Positions 46,947 through 57,013 of a DNA stretch of 64,000 nucleotides are shown here, piece after piece. Position numbers and translations under genes: made by a program. The notes below the pieces were generated by a model, which saw nothing but the letters and a program-made list of their open reading frames with translations, searched no databases and was not told the DNA's origin. How positions within the stretch are numbered: position 1 is the first letter of the stretch; each line of letters begins with the position of its first letter. Source of the DNA: Candidatus Bathyarchaeota archaeon (GTDB lineage: Archaea; Thermoproteota; Bathyarchaeia; Bathyarchaeales; Bathycorpusculaceae); the NCBI GenBank assembly GCA_963739305.1, contig CAVTZU010000018.1, positions 32,001 through 96,000 on the forward strand, in the 5' to 3' direction.

Positions 46947-48233
46947 ATGAACGAGTGTGACGCGGTGATAGTCGGCGCAGGAATTGTGGGGTTGTCGACT
47001 GGATATCACCTTAAGCGCATGAACCCGAAGCTCGATGTTTTGATCGTTGACAAACGGGGTGCTGCTGGTCAAGGCAGCACCGCGAAGAGTGCGGCTGCTT
47101 TTCGGTGTCTGTTTGCTTCGAGGACCAATTTTGCATTGGCGGATTCTTCGGCCGAATTCTACAAGCACGTGCAGAACGATTTGAAGTTTGATCTGAAGCT
47201 GCGCTGGGCAGGGTACCTGTGGTTTTTTGATGAGGAAGGTTACGGCAAAATGCTTCCTGTTCTGAAGGATCTCGCCAACCGAGGTTTTCAGTACAAAGAA
47301 TACGACGCGCCGGATCTCGCGAAAAGACTCGAAATGAAGACTGATCTAAGCAGAGATGATGAAGCAAAGATGATGGGGTTGGCCAATGTTCACAAGGGAG
47401 TCTTGATTCCGAAGGCGGGACTGATTGATGTTGATTCCCTTGTGAAATTCTATGAGTCCGAGTTCTTGAAGCTCGGTGGAAGGATTCAGTACCACACTGA
47501 GGTTGAGCAGCTCGTCGTTGAACCTCGCAGTCCTTTGGGAATGCCGGGCGAACCCTATTTCTGGCAGGACGCAACCATCACGGGCGTGAAAACCGTGAAG
47601 GGTTTGATCAAAGCAGAGAAAACAATCGTTGCAGCGGGCGCATGGGCTTCTCAACTTCTGGATCCAGTCGGGATCGAATGTTTCATCAAGGCTAAGAAGC
47701 GACAGGTTTTCTCCGTCAAGGCAAACACCAGCGAGCTTAGAAAGCTACTGTTCTGCAAAGAATTCTCGGAGGCTGGATGTCTCCCGTTCACGATTCTTCC
47801 GAAACCCACTGCATACATTCGCCCTGCTCCTGAGGAGGATGCTTTGTGGCTAGCGTACGCTGACGAGTTTCCGAGAGCCTTCAAGGTTGAAGAGGAGCCC
47901 GAGCCTGAGGAAAACTATTACAGTTATGGGCTGTATCAAGTGATGGTCAAGTATTTCCCACAGTTGACTGGCTGTCAGCCATTTTCGTCTTTCGCTGGAT
48001 TGTATGAGATAAACAGTATCGATGGTCAACCGATCATTTTCGAGGAGAACGGAGTTGTTGTAGCAGGCGGAGCAAGCGGAAGCGGAATTTTGAAGGCTGA
48101 TGCTATGGGAAGGATCGCTGCGGCTCTGTTCAACGGTGAAGAGTACGCGTATCTCCACGGTGACAAAAAGTTCAAAGTCAGTGATCTAGGGATCAAGAAC
48201 AGGAGCGTCGAGCCAGAGAAGCTGGTGATATAG
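46947..48233 (+). CDS. FAD-dependent oxidoreductase (DAO / sarcosine oxidase beta / proline dehydrogenase family)
   Basis: GAGIVG, GSTAKSAA, AAGAW, AGLY..DGQP, SGSGI. Confidence 0.88.
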   Translation: MNECDAVIVGAGIVGLSTGYHLKRMNPKLDVLIVDKRGAAGQGSTAKSAAAFRCLFASRTNFALADSSAEFYKHVQNDLKFDLKLRWAGYLWFFDEEGYGKMLPVLKDLANRGFQYKEYDAPDLAKRLEMKTDLSRDDEAKMMGLANVHKGVLIPKAGLIDVDSLVKFYESEFLKLGGRIQYHTEVEQLVVEPRSPLGMPGEPYFWQDATITGVKTVKGLIKAEKTIVAAGAWASQLLDPVGIECFIKAKKRQVFSVKANTSELRKLLFCKEFSEAGCLPFTILPKPTAYIRPAPEEDALWLAYADEFPRAFKVEEEPEPEENYYSYGLYQVMVKYFPQLTGCQPFSSFAGLYEINSIDGQPIIFEENGVVVAGGASGSGILKADAMGRIAAALFNGEEYAYLHGDKKFKVSDLGIKNRSVEPEKLVI

Positions 48234-48309
48234 GCTTCCGTCTGCGGTTAAGCTTATCTACGATTTGCCACATATTTCTAGTCTGCTGATTTTCAGGAAG
48301 TGTGATGAT

Positions 48310-50145
48310 ATGTTCGGTTGGAACGGCAGAATTCTTCACGTCAATCTGGGCAAAGGCAAAGCTGTTGCCGCCACGTATCCCGCTGGGATGGCGCAGAGTT
48401 GCCTCGGCGGAAGGGGCTTTGCCGCGCGCATACTTTGGGATGAGCTCAGACCCGGGATCGACCCGCTGTCGCCTGACAACAAGCTTGTCCTTGCTGCTGG
48501 TCCTTTGACGGGTTTTGCGTTGCCCAGCAGTGGAAAACTGGTTGTTGCGGCCAAGAGTCCTCTGACGTGGGGTTATGGAGACGGGAATATCGGGACTTTT
48601 GCAGCGGTTCAGATGCGGAAGGCAGGGTATGACGCCGTGGTGATCGAAGGAAAGGCAGATAAGCCTATTATGCTTCTCGTGCGAGACGATTCCGCCGAGT
48701 TTTTTGATGCCACTGATCTCTGGGGCTTGAATTCTTTCGAGGTCGAAAGAAAGCTCGCTGAAATCTATGGACATACCGTTGGCGTTCTCTGCATAGGACA
48801 GGCTGGTGAGAACCTTGTAAAATTCGCCTGCGTCGTTTCTCAAGAAGGTCGTGCAGGAGGCAGGCCCGGCATGGGAGCCGTGATGGGTTCGAAGAAACTG
48901 AAAGCGGTTGTTTTCATCGGGTCGAACGACTTGCCGGTTGCCTATCCGAAAGAGATGAAAGAACTGGGAGCTGAAGCCCTCAGGGAAGTGTTGATGAAAC
49001 CCAACTATGCGTTTTGGAAGCGTCAGGGCACGATGAGCACGATAGAATGGAGTCAAGAGAACAGTGTCCTTCCCACCTTTAACTATCGCGAAGGTATCTT
49101 CTCCAAAGCTGAAGCCATAAACGGTTTTGCAATGGAGAAGATCAAAGTCTCAAACCGCGGTTGTCCACAATGTAACATGACGTGCGGAAACATCGTGAAG
49201 GACTCCGACAGAAAAGAAGCCGAACTTGATTATGAGAATATTGCAATGCTAGGGTCAAACATAGGCTTGGGCAATCTGAAGCAAGTCGCTGCTCTCAATC
49301 GTATGGCGGACGAATATGGGTTGGACGCGATCTCTCTGGGTAACGTTTTAGGTTTTGCCATGGAAGCATCTGAGAAAGGGTTGATTGAAGAAAAGATTCC
49401 ATGGGGTAAGTTCAAGATCACAAAGACTCTTGTGAAAGATATCGCCTTTAGAACTGGCAGACTGGGCAATTTGCTCGCGGATGGCGTCTACTCCGCCTCA
49501 CAAGAGATAGGAAAAGGATCCAATCGTTGGGCTATGCACGTCAAAGGCTTGGAAGTATCGGCCTATGATTGTCACACCACGCCGGGCATGGCGTTAGCTT
49601 ATGGAACCTGCTCCATAGGTGCTCATCACAAAGATGCTTGGGTTATCTCTTGGGAAGTCAAGGCTGGGCGGCAAGGATATGCGGATGAGAAGGTTGACAA
49701 GGTCATAGAGTTACAGCGAATTCGAGGCGGTGCTCTTGAGTCTCTGGGCGTCTGCAGGTTTCCGTGGATCGAGTTGGGTCTTGAGCTTGAATGGTATCCG
49801 AGACTTTTACACGCCGCAACAGGCTTAGATTTTTCATGGAGCGACCTGAACATAATAGCTGACAGAGTCTTCAATTTGACGAGAGCATTCTGGGTGCGCG
49901 AGTACGGCAAAAAGTGGAGTCCCGAAATGGATGTTCCACCCCCCAGATGGTTTGAAGAACCGTTGACAACAGGATCATTCAAAGGGTCGAAGCTTGACAG
50001 AGCAAAATATGATGTCATGCTGCAGACTTACTACAAGAAACGAGGCTGGGATGAGCGCGGTATCCCAACGAAATCGACTTTGGCGCGACTCGGTCTCGGA
50101 GACGTGGCAAAAGAACTTGGCGCTCACGTGAGTCTTTCAAAGTAG
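48310..50145 (+). CDS. Tungsten aldehyde:ferredoxin oxidoreductase family
   Basis: GGRG, KSPLT, GRPGMGAVMGSKKLKA, CPQCNMTC, DYE, GVCRF. Confidence 0.95.
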   Translation: MFGWNGRILHVNLGKGKAVAATYPAGMAQSCLGGRGFAARILWDELRPGIDPLSPDNKLVLAAGPLTGFALPSSGKLVVAAKSPLTWGYGDGNIGTFAAVQMRKAGYDAVVIEGKADKPIMLLVRDDSAEFFDATDLWGLNSFEVERKLAEIYGHTVGVLCIGQAGENLVKFACVVSQEGRAGGRPGMGAVMGSKKLKAVVFIGSNDLPVAYPKEMKELGAEALREVLMKPNYAFWKRQGTMSTIEWSQENSVLPTFNYREGIFSKAEAINGFAMEKIKVSNRGCPQCNMTCGNIVKDSDRKEAELDYENIAMLGSNIGLGNLKQVAALNRMADEYGLDAISLGNVLGFAMEASEKGLIEEKIPWGKFKITKTLVKDIAFRTGRLGNLLADGVYSASQEIGKGSNRWAMHVKGLEVSAYDCHTTPGMALAYGTCSIGAHHKDAWVISWEVKAGRQGYADEKVDKVIELQRIRGGALESLGVCRFPWIELGLELEWYPRLLHAATGLDFSWSDLNIIADRVFNLTRAFWVREYGKKWSPEMDVPPPRWFEEPLTTGSFKGSKLDRAKYDVMLQTYYKKRGWDERGIPTKSTLARLGLGDVAKELGAHVSLSK

Positions 50146-50161
50146 AAAAGCAGATTTGTCT

Positions 50162-51625
50162 TCAGTAAGCCACTGCGGTTCTGACAATCTCCTTTGCTTC
50201 TTCTCCGCAGACTATGCATTTTCCCTCGATCTTTGCTTTCGAGTCCTCCGGGATACCTAAGACCCGGGCGTTCGTAAGTTCTTCAAGCTTGTGACCGCAG
50301 ACAGTCTTACTGCACCAAGGTACTTCAACGACGCCAGCATGTTTCTCCAACAGTTTCTTGGCTTCCTCCAATGTTTCAGTGCGGTAAACATGTTGCTCGT
50401 TCCAATGCCAAGCTTTCTGTCTCAGGTCCTTTGTTATTTGTGCTGCAAGGTTGGTCAGAAACTTAGGAAGTTCATTTCGTTTGCATGTCTGCTTTTCCAG
50501 AGTGTCTCGTCTAACCACTGTGACTTCCCCTTTTTCCATGTCTCTTGGACCTATTTCCACCCGAATGGGTACGCCTCTGAGTTCCCAGTCAAAGTATTTC
50601 GCGCCTGGAGTTACAGTGTCTCGAAGATCAACGTCTACTCTGAATCCTTTTTCCTTCAGCTCCGTTGCGACTACTTCGCATTCTCTGTTCACGATTTCTG
50701 CCTTTCCTTTGTACGGGATTGGGATCATTATGACTTGTATCGGCGCGATTTTCGGCGGCAATACTATGCCATGGTCATCTCCATGCATTATGAGAGCTGA
50801 TGCTATCCCGCGTCCTGATATTCCGGCGCACGTTTGCCAGACGTGTTCTCTACCTCCGTCTCTTGTCTCATATGAAACGTCGAAGGCTTTTGAGAAGTGT
50901 TGACCCAGGTGATGGACTGTTCCTATCTGAAGTGTCCTGCCATCTGGGCATATCATATCGAAAGCTGTTGTGTACTTCGCGCCTGCGAACTTGTCCCATT
51001 CAGGTCTTCGAGAGATGCAGTAGGCCACGCCTAGTTCGTTGAATATCTTCTTGTAATTGTCTATTTCTTCTTTCACTTCTGCTTCGGCATCTGCTTCTGT
51101 TGCGTGTGCCGTGTGTGCTTCCTTGAAGTCGAACTCTCTCATTCTCAAGATCGGCCTTGTTGCTTTGGTTTCAAACCTGAAAACAGTGACTATTTGGTAG
51201 AGTTTCAGTGGCAGATCAGTGTAAGAGCGTATCCACAGGTGCTCCATAGGACCGATTATTGTTTCACTCGTCGGTCTCAAGGCAAGCCGTTGTTTTAGGT
51301 GTTTTTGTCCGCCTTGGGTGACCCAGAAGACCTGTGCCTCGAACCCTTCGACGTGTTCTGCTTCCTTCTGTAGGGAGGTTTCTGGTATCAGCAACGGAAA
51401 CAATGCTTCATTGTGACCGGTTAGGTCGAGTTGATCTCGGATAATTCGAAAAACGTTTTCTCTTATCTTGAACCCGTAGGGAAGCCAGACTCCTAACCCT
51501 TTGATTGGGTACCTGTAGTCGAGAATTTTTCCCTCGATCAGGACTTTTCGGAACCATTTTCCGAAGTGTTTGCTCCATTTTTCTCTGGAAACGATCTTCT
51601 CACTTGTCTTGGTTGTTTTCGACAT
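50162..51625 (-). CDS. proS: Proline--tRNA ligase (archaeal/eukaryote type)
   Basis: [25 protein letters not shown]-terminal AY. Confidence 0.97.
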   Translation of the reverse strand: MSKTTKTSEKIVSREKWSKHFGKWFRKVLIEGKILDYRYPIKGLGVWLPYGFKIRENVFRIIRDQLDLTGHNEALFPLLIPETSLQKEAEHVEGFEAQVFWVTQGGQKHLKQRLALRPTSETIIGPMEHLWIRSYTDLPLKLYQIVTVFRFETKATRPILRMREFDFKEAHTAHATEADAEAEVKEEIDNYKKIFNELGVAYCISRRPEWDKFAGAKYTTAFDMICPDGRTLQIGTVHHLGQHFSKAFDVSYETRDGGREHVWQTCAGISGRGIASALIMHGDDHGIVLPPKIAPIQVIMIPIPYKGKAEIVNRECEVVATELKEKGFRVDVDLRDTVTPGAKYFDWELRGVPIRVEIGPRDMEKGEVTVVRRDTLEKQTCKRNELPKFLTNLAAQITKDLRQKAWHWNEQHVYRTETLEEAKKLLEKHAGVVEVPWCSKTVCGHKLEELTNARVLGIPEDSKAKIEGKCIVCGEEAKEIVRTAVAY

Positions 51626-51792
51626 TCTGATCTCTCCATCGTTGGCTGTTTCTAGAATATAATTCTAGTGTGACATCTTTCATGAAATGGGCTACGCGTC
51701 TTGAGAATTCAGCAGCGTGGAAGGCAATCGCCCATTTCTACCACACCGAAGGACATTGTAAAAGGAATTATTAAGTGTTTACTTGATTCACA

Positions 51793-51897
51793 GGAGTGCG
51801 CGCTGTTAATGGAGGGAAATCCATCGGAATCAAGCTGCAGCTTAGTCTCTTGCGCGCGCACGTGTTATGCCGGTGGAATTCTGCGCAAGTGTTTTTA
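51793..51897 (+). ncRNA. Candidate structured small RNA (alternatively a Cys-rich micro-ORF at 51809-51898)
   Basis: BRE/TATA-like AAAGGAATTATTAAG at 51761-75; GTGCGCGC/GCGCGCAC stem enclosing two hairpins; ends in a T-run. Confidence 0.35.
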
Positions 51898-51950
51898 ACG
51901 TGATCTCCACAAACCTTAGGGTGTTCTCGCTCCGTGAGGATAAGTGAGGT

Positions 51951-53198
51951 TTGGGTTTGAAAGCAATTCTGGTAGTCGCAGATGGAATGGCAGACAGACC
52001 GATAAGCGAGCTAGGGTCGAAGACACCGTTGGAAGCAGCGTCGAGGCCAAATCTGAATCGAATTGCTAAGAACGGCGTGTGTGGCATAATGGATCCTATC
52101 GCCCCTGGAATTCCTCCGGGCAGCGACACCGCAACGCTGGCTATGCTCGGCTACGATCCATGGAAGGTCTATTCAGGCAGAGGCGCTTTTGAGGCTGAAG
52201 GCTCAGACGTTGAAGTCCTGCCCGGAGATGTTGCATTCAGATGTAACTTCGCTACGGTGAACGATGATTTGGTTGTTCTGGATAGACGTGCCGGCAGAAT
52301 AGCCAACGAAGACGCAGCGAAATTGGCTGCTAGCCTGAGAAAAGTGAAGCTTCAAGAGTCCTTGAAGGTCACGTTTCAGTTTAAGAACACAGTTCAACAC
52401 CGGGCAATCTTGGCGATTCGCGGGCCAAAGCTATCTTCGGCGGTGAGTGATTCGGACCCGGAGACGAATGGAAAGAAAGTGTTGGAGGTCCGGCCGTTAG
52501 AAGACAGTGCTGAGGCTAAACGCACTGCTCAGATTGCCAACTTGCTCGTTCACGAGTTTCACAGGGTATTAGCCCAACATCCAGTCAACAAAAAAAGGGC
52601 TGACCAAAACCTGCCTGTTGCCAACATGATTCTTCTCCGAGGAGCAGGCAACCTGCCGAAGATACCTACTCTTCAAGAGAAATATGGCATCAAACCCGCG
52701 TGTGTTGCCGCTGTTTCTCTGATAAGAGGCGTCTGCAAAGTTGCAGGAATGGACTTGATTGACGTCAAAGGTGCCACTGGCACGCCTCAGACTGACTATA
52801 TGGCTAAAGCCAAAGCAACTGTTGAATCTTTGAAGAAGCATGATTTTGTGCTCTTGCACGTTAAGGCCACAGATGTCGCAAGTCACGATGGCAACGTCAA
52901 GCTGAAGGTGCAAATTATCGAGAAGATCGACAGAATGCTGGGTCATGTTCTAGCCAATATTGATCCAAAATCGACCTTTGTCGCGGTCACTGCTGACCAC
53001 ACGACGTCAACAGTCACAAGAAATCATGAGGGAGATCCCGTTCCAGTCGTGATAATGGGACCTGGAGTACGCTGTGATGACGTTGCAGAGTTCGGTGAGA
53101 GAACGTGCGCAAAAGGTGGGCTTAACAGGGTAAGAGGGCTAGATCTTATGCCAACTCTGATGAGTCTGATGGGCAAAGGAAAGAAATTTGGATCCTAG
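51951..53198 (+). CDS. apgM: 2,3-bisphosphoglycerate-independent phosphoglycerate mutase (archaeal)
   Basis: DGMADRP, PGSDTA, GRG.FEA, FRCNF, DVASHDG, ADH. Confidence 0.95.
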   Translation: MGLKAILVVADGMADRPISELGSKTPLEAASRPNLNRIAKNGVCGIMDPIAPGIPPGSDTATLAMLGYDPWKVYSGRGAFEAEGSDVEVLPGDVAFRCNFATVNDDLVVLDRRAGRIANEDAAKLAASLRKVKLQESLKVTFQFKNTVQHRAILAIRGPKLSSAVSDSDPETNGKKVLEVRPLEDSAEAKRTAQIANLLVHEFHRVLAQHPVNKKRADQNLPVANMILLRGAGNLPKIPTLQEKYGIKPACVAAVSLIRGVCKVAGMDLIDVKGATGTPQTDYMAKAKATVESLKKHDFVLLHVKATDVASHDGNVKLKVQIIEKIDRMLGHVLANIDPKSTFVAVTADHTTSTVTRNHEGDPVPVVIMGPGVRCDDVAEFGERTCAKGGLNRVRGLDLMPTLMSLMGKGKKFGS

Positions 53199-53207
53199 AA
53201 TTATTGG

Positions 53208-54341
53208 TCATTGAACTTGCATCAGTCTCCATTCTCTGTAGTCTGTTATGACTCTAAGGTATCCTTTGAGTTTTTTATCAATTTCAGTGTTGCCCGTGTC
53301 GACTCTTAGAACGTTTCCGTGAATGTTCTGTATTTTAGTTTTTGTTGCTGCAACGATAATGTGGTCCTTTTCGATGCGCTTCAGTATCTCTGGACTTATC
53401 TGTTGGTTGCCTCTTCCAAGCAAGATTCCTTGTCGTCCAATAGGCGAAACCACGAGCCACGCGTTTTTCCAATCTTTCACTTCTTTCAATGTTGTTTCTT
53501 CATTGACGTCACGAGTCATTTTTCCGTCGTGGTAAATGTCGACGCCTAGTGTAGTCTTTTCGACGCCCAGCAATTCCGCAACGTGTTTCATGGTTGTTCC
53601 AGGTCCGAGAATCCATGTTGCATTTTTCGGAACTTGTTCCAAAATGAATCGACCTATTGCTTTCTGGTTCTCGATTTCGTCATCGCTTTCTGGGCTCACT
53701 TGTTTGCTTCCTTGGACGTGTGTTGGAAGGAATGGTCCTTTTAGAAATCCATGAAGAACCACTGCGAATACATCGTTTCGTATTGCTTTTTCATCAGAAT
53801 CCATGATTTCCAAGTCAGTGATTTGTGCTTGTCCTCGGGAACAGGCTAGAACTACTTCAACAGCATCTAAGGGGTTCACGGCAAAGATGCCGCTGTACAT
53901 CTTCACGCCTGAAGGAACGCCGATCACAGGAAGTTGACCGCTTTTCTGCATTACGTCATAAATGTCCCTGGCAGTGCCGTCACCACCTACGAAGACTATC
54001 AAATCGACTTTGGCTGCAGTCAGAAGAACCACCGCGGTCTTCGTGTCGCTTGCGGTTGTCTCTTCTTTAGTTTTCATCGGCAGAACCTTGACTGGAAAGC
54101 CAGACTGTGCTGCCTCTTCTTCACCCATTTTTCCTGGGCAAGTGAGTATTTCAATAGTTTCGTTCGTAATGTTCCGCTTCAAGCCCCTTAGGAATTCTAC
54201 TGCCCTGTTTGGGGCCACGGGTTGGGCTCCTCTGGCTATTGCTTCTTTCAGCACGTTGTCCGTTCCCTTCAAGCCGACTTTGCCGCCCATACCCGCGATT
54301 GGGTTGACGATGAAGCCGATAATCATTGTTTTCACTAGCAA
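53208..54341 (-). CDS. ATP-NAD/AcoX kinase-like protein
   Basis: NPIAGMGG.VGLKGTD, GGDGTARD, GVKMYS, GRGNQQ. Confidence 0.88.
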   Translation of the reverse strand: MLVKTMIIGFIVNPIAGMGGKVGLKGTDNVLKEAIARGAQPVAPNRAVEFLRGLKRNITNETIEILTCPGKMGEEEAAQSGFPVKVLPMKTKEETTASDTKTAVVLLTAAKVDLIVFVGGDGTARDIYDVMQKSGQLPVIGVPSGVKMYSGIFAVNPLDAVEVVLACSRGQAQITDLEIMDSDEKAIRNDVFAVVLHGFLKGPFLPTHVQGSKQVSPESDDEIENQKAIGRFILEQVPKNATWILGPGTTMKHVAELLGVEKTTLGVDIYHDGKMTRDVNEETTLKEVKDWKNAWLVVSPIGRQGILLGRGNQQISPEILKRIEKDHIIVAATKTKIQNIHGNVLRVDTGNTEIDKKLKGYLRVITDYREWRLMQVQ

Positions 54342-54469
54342 GATTTGCTGGGTAAGCTATAAACCATTTTTGAAGCTGATCCAAAGGAGAACAACATAAG
54401 ATTCGTTTCCAAACCTGAAAAATCTTATATTCCGAATTCTCAGACCCATGCCTAAATAGGAGATGATGA

Positions 54470-55450
54470 TTGGTGCCTCCGAAAAAGATGGGCAAAATTC
54501 TTGTAACTGGCTCCACTGGCCAGATTGGTTCCGAACTCACGTTGGCTTTGCGGAAAAAGTATGGCGGTGACAATGTCGTCGCGGTTGGGCATCAGAGAAA
54601 GCCCAGCGATAAACTGTTGAATTCCGGGCCTTTTGAAACCGTTGACGTCGGCAAAAAAGAAAGCATTGCGCGGGTTATCGAGAAACATGGCATCGACACG
54701 ATTTATCATTTGGCGGCTCTTCTTTCCGCAACTGGAGAGCAGAACCCTCAGCTTGCCTGGAATCTCAACATGGGGAGCCTTTACAACGTTCTTGAACTCG
54801 CAAGGGAACGTGGGTTGACTCGAGTTTTCTGGCCGAGCTCAATCGCAGTCTTTGGACCCACCACTCCTCGGGACAAGACCCCACAGGAGACAGTCATGCT
54901 GCCTGGAACGATGTACGGAGTAACGAAAGTGGCTGGTGAGCTTCTTTGCAACTATTACTCGGTCAAATATGGTGTCGATGTGCGTGGTCTAAGATATCCT
55001 GGCATTATTAGCAGTGAGACTCCTCCTGGCGGGGGCACGACGGATTATGCCGTTGAGATATATTATGAAGCTATCAGGAAAAAGCGGTACACGTGTTTTG
55101 TAAGAGAAGACACGGTGTTACCGATGATGTATATGCCCGATTGTCTCAAATCTACGATAGATTTGATGGAAGCTGACCCATCGAAAGTCAAGAGGCACGA
55201 CAGCTATAACGTTGCAGGAATGAGCTTTTCAGCGGGAGAACTCGCTGCAGAAATCAGGAAACATATTCCGGAGTTCAAGTGCGACTACAAACCCGATTTC
55301 AGGCAGAAGATTGCAGATTCATGGCCCATGTCGATCGATGACACTCAAGCGCGCAAGGACTGGGATTGGAAGCCCACTTATGATTTGGCCGCGATGACAA
55401 AGGACATGATTCAGAAACTGTCGAAGAGATTTGCTGAGGGAAAGCTCTAG
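54470..55450 (+). CDS. tdh: L-threonine 3-dehydrogenase (SDR type)
   Basis: GSTGQIG, LLSATGE, PSSIAVFG, YGVTK, PGGGTTDYA, MMYMPD; adjacent to kbl. Confidence 0.92.
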   Translation: MVPPKKMGKILVTGSTGQIGSELTLALRKKYGGDNVVAVGHQRKPSDKLLNSGPFETVDVGKKESIARVIEKHGIDTIYHLAALLSATGEQNPQLAWNLNMGSLYNVLELARERGLTRVFWPSSIAVFGPTTPRDKTPQETVMLPGTMYGVTKVAGELLCNYYSVKYGVDVRGLRYPGIISSETPPGGGTTDYAVEIYYEAIRKKRYTCFVREDTVLPMMYMPDCLKSTIDLMEADPSKVKRHDSYNVAGMSFSAGELAAEIRKHIPEFKCDYKPDFRQKIADSWPMSIDDTQARKDWDWKPTYDLAAMTKDMIQKLSKRFAEGKL

Positions 55451-55520
55451 AATCAAGCTAAGGAGCAAGAAAGAGTTAAGAGAAAGGGCGTAAGAATAGA
55501 GCCAAAAGGAGTATGGCAAA

Positions 55521-56714
55521 GTGAGAAACCCCACTTCATTCTTGCGAGAAGAATACGAAGCCTTAGTGAAGAGCGAGCTTGACTGGAGAATCCGCGTGTT
55601 GCAGGGTCCGAGCACTCCCTGGTGCAACGTTGACGGCAAGAAGGTCTTGATGTTCTGCTCGAACAATTACCTAAGCCTCAGCAACCATCCGAAATTGAAA
55701 GAAGCGGCGATCAAAGCCGTTCAGACCCACGGTGCAGGTTCAGGTTCAGTTCGTCCCATCGCCGGAACAATGGACATCCACATTGAACTTGAGAAACGAC
55801 TTGCAAAGTTCAAGCATGCAGAGGCTTCACTGGTTTATCAAACAGGCTTTGCGGCGAACGCAGGACTCATCCCTCAACTTGTGGGAAAAGAGGACCTGAT
55901 CATAAGCGATGAGCTTAACCACGGCAGCATCATCGACGGCGTACGGCTAGCTCACGGTGAACGAGCGGTCTACAAACACTCAGACATGGCAGATTTGGAT
56001 CGCGTCTTGAAAGAAGCAGAAAAGCACAACCCGCCTTATAGGCGAATTCTGATAATCACTGATGGTGTTTTCTCGATGGACGGAGACATTGCTCCGCTTG
56101 ATCAAGTAGCAAAACTCGGCGCTGAACACGGATGCATGGTGTACGTTGACGATGCTCACGGCGAGGGAGTCCTCGGCGAGGGCGGAAGAGGCATCGTTTC
56201 ACACTTCAAGCTCACACGAGACAAAGTGCAAGTTGAAATGGGCACTTTTTCGAAAGCCTTCGGAGTCGTGGGAGGCCACGTTTCAGGCTCCAAAGATCTG
56301 GTCAACTTTGCTTATAACAAGTCGCGCACTTGGCTTCTGAGTGGGTCACACCCCCCTGCAGTTGCCGCGGCTTGCACGGCAGCCATAGACGTTCTGGAAA
56401 ATGAACCTCAACACGTGAAGACGCTGTGGGATCACACTCGCTACTTCAAGAAAGTAATGAAAGACTTAGGCTTCAACATCGGCAACAGCGAAACCCCAAT
56501 CACACCCGTAATCGTGGGTGAAAGCGGCATAGCCAAGAAACTGAGCGCAAGACTCTTCGAGGAAGGAGTGTTCGCGTTACCGATCGTGTTTCCAATGGTA
56601 GCCAGGGACAAGGCCAGAATCAGAACGATAATGAACGCTGCCTTAACCAGAAAAGACTTGGACTTCGCCATAAGCGCTTTCGAAAAGATTGGAAAAGAGC
56701 TACACATAATCTAG
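55521..56714 (+). CDS. kbl: 2-amino-3-ketobutyrate CoA ligase (glycine C-acetyltransferase)
   Basis: SNNYL, DELNHGSIIDG, FSMDG, DDAHG, GTFSKA, ARIR. Confidence 0.9.
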   Translation: MRNPTSFLREEYEALVKSELDWRIRVLQGPSTPWCNVDGKKVLMFCSNNYLSLSNHPKLKEAAIKAVQTHGAGSGSVRPIAGTMDIHIELEKRLAKFKHAEASLVYQTGFAANAGLIPQLVGKEDLIISDELNHGSIIDGVRLAHGERAVYKHSDMADLDRVLKEAEKHNPPYRRILIITDGVFSMDGDIAPLDQVAKLGAEHGCMVYVDDAHGEGVLGEGGRGIVSHFKLTRDKVQVEMGTFSKAFGVVGGHVSGSKDLVNFAYNKSRTWLLSGSHPPAVAAACTAAIDVLENEPQHVKTLWDHTRYFKKVMKDLGFNIGNSETPITPVIVGESGIAKKLSARLFEEGVFALPIVFPMVARDKARIRTIMNAALTRKDLDFAISAFEKIGKELHII

Positions 56715-57013
56715 ACTGAAATCCAATCCTCTTAGCTTTTCTACCAATCTCAGCTGTCATTTGATGCTTCAAAAGGATCCCAGAAACAAGACGAAACAAT
56801 GGTGAAGAAACTACCGGCCGAGTTCAAAGCTTCACTTCCCATATGAGACACAAAGAGTCAACATGGCTTTCAGCAACTTTTCCACCTAAAGAACTGGCTT
56901 CACCGCCGTTCAAAGCCATTCCAAAGGTACTCCGCACGAAAAAAAGGTAGGGGGGTAGGGTGTTTTAGAGCTGTTTATCACTCATAATCCATGTTGAGTA
57001 GGCCCTTTTTAGC

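Noticed and set aside
48193-49056. 287-aa minus-strand ORF
   Set aside because: Antisense shadow of AOR1
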